DNA of 64,000 bases from the human T2T-CHM13v2.0 reference genome, Homo sapiens. Below, one piece after another: positions 54,571-64,000 of this stretch (the first letter of the stretch is position 1; the number at the start of each line of letters is the position of its first letter). The DNA is taken from the NCBI RefSeq assembly GCF_009914755.1, contig NC_060933.1; one strand, given 5' to 3'. Under the pieces are notes generated by a model, which was not told the origin of the DNA, did no database searches, and was given only the letters and a program-made list of their open reading frames with translations. Both the position numbers and the translations under genes were made by a program.

Positions 54571-55585
54571 ATGGTAAGAAACCACTGCAAAAAGGCTGAA
54601 AATTCCAAAAACCAAAATGCCTCTTCTCCTCCAAAGGACCACAACTCCTCACCAGCAAGGGAACAAAACTGGATAGAGAGTGAGTTTGATGAATTGACAG
54701 AAGTAGGCTTCAGAAGGTGGGTAATAAGAAACTCCTCTGAGCTAAAGGGGCATGTTCTAACCCAACTCAAGGAAGCTAAGAACCTTGATAAAAGGTTCGA
54801 GGAATTGCTAACTAGAATAACCAGTTTAGAGAAGAACATAAATGACCTGATGGAGCTGAAAAACACAGCACAGAACTTCATGAAGCATACAAAAGTATCA
54901 GTAGCCGAATCGATCAACCAGAAAAAAAGGATATCAGAGATTGAAGGTCAACTTAATGAAATAGAGAAGACAAGATTAGAGAAAAAATAAATAGGAATGA
55001 AAAAGCCTCCAAGAAATATGGGACTATGTGAAAAGACCAAATTTATGTTTGATTGGCATGCCTGAAAGTGACAAGGTAAATGGAACCAAGTTGGGAAACA
55101 CTCTTCAGGATATTATTCAGGAGAACTTCCGCAATCTAACAAGACAGGCCAACGTTCAAATTCAGGAAATACAGAGAACACCACAAAGATACTTCTCGAG
55201 AACAGCCACCCCAAGATACATAATCATCAGATTCACCAAGGTTGAAATAAAGGAAAAAATGTTAAGGGAAACCAGAGAGAAACGTCAGGTTACCCACAAA
55301 GGGAAGCCCATCAGACTAACGGTACATCTCTTGGCAAATACCCTACAAGCCAGAAGAGAGTGGGAGCCAATACCCTACTCAACATTCTTAAAGAAAAGAA
55401 TTTTCAACCCAGAATTTCATATCCAGCCAAACTAAGCTTCATAAGTGAAGGAGAAATAAAATCCTTTACAGACAAGCAAATGCTGAAAGATTTTGTCACC
55501 GCCAGGCCTGCCTTACAAGAGCTCCTGAAGGAATCACTAAACATGGAAAGGAACAACTGGTACCAGCCACTGCAAAAACATGCCA
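54571..55585 (+). pseudogene. L1 ORF1p (RNA-binding chaperone), frameshifted
   Basis: Consecutive ORFs at 54571-54990, 55028-55435 and 55360-55638 translate to ORF1p segments (ENSKNQNASSPPK..., KRPNL...IIQENF..., NFQPRISYPAKLSF...). Confidence 0.93.
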
Positions 55586-55645
55586 ATGTAAAGAACATGA
55601 AGAAACTGCATCAACTAACAGGCAAAACAACCAGCTAGCATCATA

Positions 55646-58600
55646 ATGACAGGATCAAATTCACACATAACAATATTAATGTTAAATGTAAACAGGCTAA
55701 ATGCCCCAATTAAAAGACACAGACTGGCAAATTGCATAAAGAGTCAAGACTTATCAGTGTGCTGTAATCAGGAGACCCATCTCGCGTGGAAAGACACACA
55801 TAGGCTCAAAATAAAAGGATGGAGGAATATCTACCACACAAATGGAAAGCAAAAAAAAAGCAGGGGTTGCAATCCTGATTTCTGATAAAACAAACTTTAA
55901 ACAAACAAAGATCAAAAAAGACAAAGAAGCGCATTACACAATGGTAAAGGGATCAATGCAGCAAGACGAGCTAACTATCCTAAATATATATGCACCCAAT
56001 ACAGGAGCACCCAGATTCATAAAGCAAGTTCCTAGAGACCTACAAAGATACTTAGACTCCCACACAATAATAGTGGGAGACTTTAACACCCTACTGTCAA
56101 TATTAGATCAACGAGACAGAAAATTAACAAGGATATTCAGGACTTGAACTCAGCTCTAGACCAAGCAGACCTAATAGACATCTATAGAACTCTCCATCCC
56201 AAATCAACAGAACATAGATTCTTCTCAGCACCTCATCACACTTATTCTAAAATTGACCACATAATTGGAAGTAAAACACTTCTCAGCAAATGCAACAGAA
56301 CAGAAATCATAACAAAGTTTCTCAGACCACATGCAATCAAATTAGAACTCAGGATTAAGAAACTCACTCAAAACCGCACAAGTACATGGAAACTGAACAA
56401 CCTGCTCCTGAATGACTACCAAGTAAATAACAAAATGAAGGCAGAAATAAAGATATTCTTTGAAACCAGGGAGAACAAAGATACAATGTACCAGAATCTC
56501 TGGGACACATTTAAAGCAGGGTTTAGGGGGAAATTTATAGCACTAAATACCCACAAGAGAAAGCAGGAAAGATCTAAAATTGACACCCTAACATCAAAAT
56601 TAAAAGAACTAGAGAAGCAACAGCCAACAATTTCAAAATCTAGCAGAAGACAAGAAATAACTAAGATCAGAGCAGAACTGAAGGAGATAGAGACAAAAAA
56701 ACCCTTCAGAAAATAAATGAATCCAGGAGGTGCTTTTTTGAAAAGATCCACAAAATAGATCGCTAGCCAGACTAATAAAGAAGAAAAGAAAGAAGAATCA
56801 AATAGACACAATAAAAAATGATATAGGGGATATCACCAATGATCCCACAGAAATACAAATTACCATCCGAGAACACCTCTATCCAAATAAACTAGAAAAT
56901 ATAGAAGAAATGGATACATTCCTGGACACATACACCCTCCCAAGTCTAAACCAGGAAGAAGCCGAATCCCTGAATAAACAATAACAAGTTCTGAAATTGA
57001 GGCGGTAATTAATAGCCTACCAACCAAAAAAAGTCCAGAACCAGACAGATTCACAGCCGAATTCTACCAGAGGTACAAAGAGGAGCTGGTACCATTCCTT
57101 CTGAAAGTATTCCAAACAATAGAGAAAGAGGGAATCCTCCCTAACTCATTTTATGAGGCCAGCGTCATCATGATACCAAAACCTGGCAGAGACACCACAA
57201 AAAAAGAAAATTTCAGGCCAATATCCCTGATGAACATCGGTCCAAAAATCCTTAGTAAAATACTGGCAAACCGAATCCAGCAGCACACCAAAAAGCTTAT
57301 CCACCACGATCAAGTTGACTTCACCCCTGGGATGCAAGGTTGATTCAACATATGCAAATCAATAAACATAATCCATCACATAAACAGAAACAATGACAAA
57401 AATCACGATTATCTCAATAGATGCAGAAAAGGCCTTTGACAAAATTCAACACCGCTTCATGCTAAGAACTCTCAATAAACTAGGTATCAGTGAAACGTAT
57501 CTCAAAATAATAAGAGCTATTTATGACAAACCCACAGCCAATATCATACAGAATGGGCAAAAACTCAAAGCATTCCCTCTGAAAACTGGCACAAGACAAG
57601 GATGCCCTCTCTCACCACTCCTATTCAACATGGTATTGGAAGTTCTGGCCAGGGCAATCAGGCAAGAGAAAGCAAAAAAGGGTATTCAAATAGGAAGAGA
57701 GGGAGTCAAATTGTCCCTGTTTGCAGATGACATGATTGTATATTTAGAAAACCCCATCATTGCAGTCCAAAATCTCCTTAAGCTGATAAGCAACTTCAGC
57801 AAAGTCTCAGGATACAAAATCAATGTGCAAAAATCACATTGATTCCTATGTTATTAATTCCTATACATCAGTAACAGACAAACAGAGAGCCAAATCATGA
57901 GTGAACTCCCATTCACAATTGCTTCAAAGAGAATAAAATACCTAGGAATCCAACTTACAAGGGATGTGAAGGACCTTTTCAAGGAGAACTACAAACCATT
58001 GCTCAAAGAAATAAGAGAGGACACAAACAAATGGAAAAACATTCCATGCTCATGGATAGGAAGAATCAATATCGTGAAAATGGCCATACTGCCCAAAGTA
58101 ATTTATAGATTCAATGCTATCCCCATCAAGCTACCACTGACTTTCTTCACAGAATTGGAGAAAACTAATTTAAACTTCACGTGGAACCAAAACAGAGCCC
58201 ACATAGCCAAGACAATCCTGGGCAAGAAGAACAAAGCTGGAGGCATCATGCTACCTGACTTCAAACTATACTACAAGGCTGCAGTAACCAAAATAGCATG
58301 TACTGGTACCAAAACAGATATATAGACCAATGAAACAGAACAGAGGCCTCAGAAATAACACCACACATCTACAACAATTTGATCTTTGACAAACCTGACA
58401 CAAACAAGCAATGGGGAAAAGATTCCCTATTTAATAAATAGTGTTGGGAAAACTGGCTAGCCATATGCAGAAAACTGAAACTGGACCCCTTCCTTACACC
58501 TTATACAAAAATCAACTCAAGATGAATCAAAGACTTAAACATAAGACATAGGACCATAAAAATCCTAGAACGAAACCTGGGCAGTGCCATTCAGGACATA

Positions 58601-59460
58601 GGCATGGGCAAAGACTTCATGCCTAAAACACGAAAAGCAATGGCAACAAAAGCCAAAATGGATAAATGGGGTCTAATGAAAGTAAACAGCTTCTGCACAG
58701 CAAAAGAAACTATCATCAGAGTGAACAGGCAACCTAGAGAATGGGAGAAAATTTTTGCAATCTATCCATCTGACTAGGGCTAATATCCAGAATCTACAAA
58801 GAACTTAAACAAATTTACAAGAAAAAAACAAACTCCATCAAAAAGTGGGCAAAGGATATGCACAAACAGTCCTCAAAAGAAGACATTTACGCAGCCAACA
58901 GACATATGAAAAAATGCTCATCATCACTGGTCATTAAAGAAATGCAAATCATATCCACAATGAGATACCATCTCACGCCAGTTAGAATGGCCATCATTAA
59001 AAAGTCAGGAAACAACAGATGCTGGAGAGGATGTGGAGAAATAGGAAAGCTTTTACATTGTCGGTGGGAGTGTAAATTAGTTCAACCATTGTGGAAGACA
59101 GTGTGGCAATTCCTCAAGGATCTAGAACTAGAAATACCATTTGATCCAGCAATCCTGTTACTCGGTGTATACTCAAAGGATTATAAATAATTCTACTATA
59201 AAGACACCTGCACACATATGTTTATTGCAGCACTATTCACAATAGCAAAGACTTGGAACCAATCCAAATATCTATCAACAATAGACTGGATAAAGAAAAT
59301 GTGGCACATATGCACCATGGAATAGTATGCAGCCATAAAAAAAGATGAGTTCATGTCCTTTGCAGGGACATGGATGAAGCTGGAAACCATCATTCTCAGC
59401 AAACTATTACAAGAACAGAAAACCAAACACCACATGTTCTTACTCACAAAGGGGAGTTGA
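55646..59460 (+). pseudogene. L1 ORF2p (APE endonuclease, reverse transcriptase, Cys-rich domain) with multiple stops and frameshifts
   Basis: MTGSNSHITIL start; endonuclease motifs NIYAPN and GDFN; RT motifs [10 protein letters not shown] and LFADDMIVY; C-terminal RCWRGCGE. Confidence 0.95.
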
Positions 59461-59655
59461 ACAATGAGAATGCATGGACACAGGGGGAACATCACACACT
59501 GCGGCCTGTCAGGGGGTAGGGGGCTAGGGGAGGGATAACATTTTGAGAAATACCTAATGTAGGTGATGGGTTGATGGATGCAGCAAACCACCCTGGTACG
59601 TGTATACCTATGTTACAAAACTGCATGTTCTGCACACGTATCCCAGGACTTAAAG

Positions 59656-59656
<1 letters not shown>

Positions 59657-59690
<34 letters not shown>
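59657..59690. repeat. (TAA)n microsatellite derived from the L1 tail
   Basis: Direct observation. Confidence 0.95.
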
Positions 59691-59692
<2 letters not shown>

Positions 59693-61799
59693 TATGTTGT
59701 TTAAAAGCAGGGATATGTTCTATCACAGGAGTGGAAGATACAAACCTGGACTCCCTGCAAATACTGCACCCAAAGTGAACCCCAATAATCTGTACCTGCA
59801 GGAATTTACTCTCAAAAGGAAGACAAATATATGTGTCTACCTGTATTGGAGACCATATGGATGAGAATTAATTAACTTCCATGTAGAATACGAAGTTTAT
59901 TAAATTATAAATAAAAATGTACACATATGTAAATAACACTTTATAGAAATTTTTAACAATTGCTTAACGTTATCTACCAGAGGATTATGGGGGGTAAGGG
60001 AAGCATATTTTATCACTGACTTTTTTTTAGAACCAGTGGTGTATATTGATAATAAACATCTGGCCAATAACACTCCAATACTGGGGCCTTTAGCTCTGGC
60101 TGCCCCATCTTTGATGTCTACATCTAAAAAGTCATGGGAATGGTGAGCAGGACTGGATACTCAGATATGCCTGGAGTACTGTTGCAGGCAACAAAAATTA
60201 GGGCCTGAAATAAGGGTCTGGGTATTGTTTGTGTGGTTAAATTATGCCTGGTTATTTCATTTAACGAAATTTTGCTTTGTCTCCTTAGCTCTACAGATAC
60301 CTTCAGGGCATTGTCATCATGAGCTGTTTGAGGGCGGAAATCCTGTTTTGTGCTTCTCTGGGTGGTACCCCCTCTGACTGTCTCCTCAGGTGCTTGGCAC
60401 ACCTGAAGTCCTCTGTAAATGTCCACTGATGGAGAGATTTCTCTGGTATCATCAACAGTTTAAAAACAGCTCATCCTCTTTGTGCTGTTCGAATTCGTGA
60501 ATTGCACTCTTCTCCTCTTTCATTTATTACCTACACTAGTGGGCTTGTTTTTACCTAAGACAGTTATATAAGACTCTTGATTCTCTGCAACCCTGTTAGC
60601 TCATCTTCACTTCTTTGGCTTCCACTGCCTCAGAAGACCAACACTGGGGAAGGCAGACAGACAGGCAGGAAGCAGGAAGAAGATCCCCAAAGATTTAAGT
60701 GCATTGGATCCGCCTGTGATGATTCAAATCAGGTTCCTAGCGCCCCAGGCCTGGTGAGGTTTCCCGATTATCTTTACAAAATGGAAGTAACATGTCCATA
60801 GAGGTGTCCCGGGATCCAGGTTGGAGTGTCTAGTGGGGGCCACAAGATGTAGCCCTTAGGAAACTCTGCCTGCCCTTGTGTGCCTTCCTCAGGGAGAGAT
60901 TCAGCTCCGCTAGTTGGAGCAATTCCTCCTGCCCACTTCCAGACCCCGCATTTAGCTCTTCATTAAAAGAAAGTCCATTGAGGGGCTTAAACACAAAACT
61001 CCCTATAATGGTGAATACTCAGAATTACTTTCCACCTGATACTGCTTCATTTAATTGGACTAAAGCAGGCTCCCCTGGCTCCAGCCTCCCTTGAAATCCT
61101 GCCCAAATTTGCCTGGCTCCTGCGTGGGCCTGAGTAAATATGCGGCAGGTGCGCTGAGGGGTTGCGAGCTGGGCGCCCATGAACCGTAATGGTTGCTGCA
61201 TGACTGATTCCCCAGCCCCTCCGCCCTCCTGCTAAATCCCAGGACCCTCCCTGCTTGTGCAAAAAGCGGGCTCCCCAGTGCCGCCTTATGAAGAAGTGGT
61301 AGAGCAATTTCATTTAATATTGCTAGTGCTTCCATTAACCTGAGTATATTGCTCTCCATCCTCAATTTAAGACTCCCTCTTTCTCTTGATTATCGCTGTA
61401 TTTCAGAGCACCTGAATGTCCTCCCCAGACCTCTAAGCCAGCCTGGAATAAGTTGATGATCAAAAGCTACAACTCCTTGAATTTTCTGGCTTCAGAGTAA
61501 TGCGACCTTCCTGTGCCCCACCTGGAGGCCTTGAAAACCAGCCTGGGTTCTCCACTTTGCTCTGAATGAGGCTCCCTCTGGTTGGCTCTGGTGTTGCCTG
61601 TACTCACTCTCTCCTCTAGCGCTTTCCTTCCTTCTTTTCCTTTTCCCATTCTTTTGACTGTTGAGATTTGTGAGACAGGAAAGTGTTTTGAAGCTTTGCA
61701 GGGTGAGGTGCAGGTGGACAGAAGTCTGCTACGGACTATTTTGAATCTACTTGATCATTACTTAGATATGTCTATAGCTCTACATGATTGATTGATAAA

Positions 61800-62010
61800 A
61801 TCATTAATTCAGCAACCATGTATTAAGTGCCTACTATGTGCCAGGCACTCTTATTGGTGCTGAGAATGAATTCTGAGCCAAACTAGCAAAAGTTTTTGCT
61901 CAGGAAGCTTAAATTCTAGTAGGGACAGATAGTAAGCAAACATGTTTCCAGCAGATGCTGATAAATGGTATGAAGAAAAAATAGGGTAAGGGCTGGAGTG
62001 TGATTGGGAG
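61800..62010. mobile_element. L2 3'-end relic
   Basis: 'tcattaattcagcaaccatgtattaagtgcctactatgtgccaggcactc'. Confidence 0.7.
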
Positions 62011-62464
62011 GCCACCATGAGCACTCTGGTGCACACACACCCTCCTTTGAATGATACAGGCCTCCCTACACCTGAAGTCTACACAATCTACAATAAGGAG
62101 GATGGTGGGGGCGAACTAAGGACACCCTTCCTAGGGAGATCAGAACTGGCAGTATACTTGAGTCAACTCCACCCATCCCCTACCCTCCATCACGGCTTGC
62201 AGGAAGCTGGGGCAGTCCCTCAGGGACACAACCCCAGGCTTTCCTCTGGAGGGTAGGCCTGGGAGGGTGAGATATTGATATGACTATAGCATACACAATG
62301 GTAATGCATCCTGCCCCATCCTGTCACCACTGTCAGAACCCCTCACTCTACCTCTACTCCCTTGCCAAGCCTTAGGGAAAGGCTGTTGCCTGCCCTGCCA
62401 TCCCTTGACTGCAGTGGGCAGCTCAAGAAGGAATTAAAGCTAGCTTCTCAAAATCTGTGATCAA

Positions 62465-62765
62465 GGCCAAGTGCAGTAGCTCAGGCCTGTAATTCCAGCA
62501 CTTTGGGAGGTCGAGGTGGGAGGATCACTGGAGCCCAGGAGTGTGAGACCAGCCCTGGCAACATAGTGAGACACCATCTCTTAAAAAAAAAAAAAATTAA
62601 TTAGCCTGGTGTGGTGGTGCATGCAGGTAGTCCCAGCTACTCAGGAGGTTGAGGTGGGAGGACTGCTTAAGCCTGGAAGGTCAAGGCTGCAGCAAGCCTT
62701 GATTGCACCACTGCATTGCAGCCTGGGTGATAAAGGAAGATCCTGTCTCAAAAAAAAAAAAAAAA
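62465..62765 (+). mobile_element. AluJ
   Basis: 'ggaggatcactggagcccaggagtgtgagacc' and 'gtcaaggctgcag'. TSD aaaatct(g/a)tgatca at 62450-62463 and 62762-62775. Confidence 0.93.
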
Positions 62766-63029
62766 TCTATGATCACTGGGCAACCAGACTCCTAATGCCT
62801 TCAGGGCATTAGGCTAGGCCTGGCCTGAATCAAAGTATAGCGTTCTGAACTTGGGGGGGCGGGGGAAATAAATGGAAATTGTGGGGTCTGTCAAATGCTC
62901 TGAGGAAAAGACAGTTTCCCAAGACAAAGATGCCAGGTCAAGGACGGGGCCCGAGGGGGAGAAAGATCATATGCCTTCCATGCAGATGAGTTTCTAGGCC
63001 ATTTTCTGCAGCTAAGTAGTGACTGAGGG

Positions 63030-63190
63030 AAAGCTCTACAGCCAGACTTGGTTTTGAATCTTGGCTGCACACCTCTCTAGTTACCTGGCCTTGGATAAGT
63101 TACAAACGCTCTCTGAGCCATTGTGTCCTTGTTGATAGAATGGGCCAGTCATACCTTCTTCATAGAGTTGTTGTGAGAATTAGAAGAAAA
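63030..63190 (+). mobile_element. MIR relic
   Basis: 'gttttgaatcttggctgcacacc...ggccttggataagttac...ctctgagcc...cttcatagagttgttgtgagaattag'. Confidence 0.7.
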
Positions 63191-63419
63191 ATATAAATGG
63201 ACACTGCTGAGCCCAGGGCAAGAGCTGGCTCTGAGTTGATGAACCTAAATGTCATTTCTGGGATTGTGCTTAAGTAGGAAGATGTCCTCATTTTGTGAAT
63301 ATGTACACTAAAGAATTTAGGAGTGAAATATCATGTCCATAATTTACTTTAAAACATTCCAAAACATACTGTGAAGTAAATATGGCACCTTTCTTCCTTC
63401 TCTGGAGGACCTCTAGCCA

Positions 63420-63745
63420 GCACAATACTTACTCACTTTTATTCAAAATCCAGGTAACATCATTCATTGCCATGGTTTTAAAAACCATCTACTTGTCAAC
63501 AACTCCAAATTTATATCTGCAAGCCAGACCTGTTTTAAGAACTCTGGACTCAAATATTTGACTGACAATTTGACATCTCATTGCCAACATGTCCTAAATG
63601 GAGTATTTTGTTTCTCATCCCCAAACCTATCCCAACAACCTAGTTCCCTGCCTACCCCATCCCACCTTTTTCATCTTGACAAATAGGACCACTGTTCACT
63701 GAGATGTTTGACTCAGAAACCTGTGCAATAGTCCTGGTCCCTCGT
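63420..63745. mobile_element. L2 relic
   Basis: 'aactccaaatttatatctgcaagccagacc...aactctggactcaaatatttgactgac...gacatctc'. Confidence 0.6.
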
Positions 63746-63750
63746 CTTTC

Positions 63751-64000
63751 TGATGGCAGTGGCAGCCTGTCTGGAGTGGCTGCTGACATGACACCAACTG
63801 CAGTGGGGCACTTGTGGCTGGGGCAGTGCACCCCATGGAGCTGGCAGGAGTCCTACCCCCTCTCAAGTTGGAGGGGTGGGAGCCCCACCCTCCCAGGTGT
63901 AGCTGCAGCCACCCAGCCATGGCTACAGACCCAGGCATCCCTGTGCTCTAGGGGACCAGGGAAACCCCTCTGTCCCTGCTGGCTCAAACTGTCTGCTCAT
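63751..64000 (+). mobile_element. MER52-family ERV1 LTR (5' part, runs off the window)
   Basis: Starts TG: 'tgatggcagtggcagcctgtctggagtggctgctgacatgacaccaactgcag...gctgcagccacccagccatggct...gacccaggcatccctgtgctc', CpG-decayed MER52 pattern. Confidence 0.8.

Larger units (their letters stand above)
53286..59688 (+). mobile_element. Full-length (~6.4 kb) inactivated LINE-1, L1PA7/8-like
   Basis: 5'UTR begins 'ggctggcaagatagcccaataggaatacctccggtc', followed by ORF1, ORF2, 3'UTR and a (TAA)n tail. TSD aaaat(c/a)tgttgtt at 53271-53283 and 59689-59701. Confidence 0.96.

Noticed and set aside
53286-59688. Possibility of a retrotransposition-competent L1
   Set aside because: Both ORF1 and ORF2 are broken by several frameshifts and stops.

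Overview
Primate (very likely human or hominoid) non-coding genomic DNA, intergenic or from a long intron. Evidence: AluJ/S/Y and L1PA elements are present. I could not identify the locus and recognised no host protein-coding exon or RNA gene. The only ORFs with recognisable homology are decayed LINE-1 ORF1/ORF2 fragments. The window holds one full-length but inactivated L1PA7/8-like element (+, ~53.3-59.7 kb), a 5'-truncated younger L1PA (-, 17.4-19.3 kb), several older L1M pieces, nine Alus (most with readable target-site duplications), MLT1 and MER52 LTRs, a MER44A DNA transposon, MIR/L2 relics and microsatellites. Between these lie long TE-poor stretches with transcription-factor motif clusters and locally retained CpGs, including a strong CTCF motif at 22554-22567, which suggests a regulatory (enhancer-rich) landscape. 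The most notable sequence-level observations are a short L1 3' transduction, a twin-priming 5' inversion in an old L1MA, a perfect 71-bp-period tandem duplication that copies a splice-acceptor-like site, a fold-back mutation inside L1 ORF2, and candidate minus-strand non-coding exons at ~25.9-27.8 kb. I see no evidence for a novel multi-gene system. Repeat subfamily names are from recall of consensus sequences and need RepeatMasker/Dfam confirmation.
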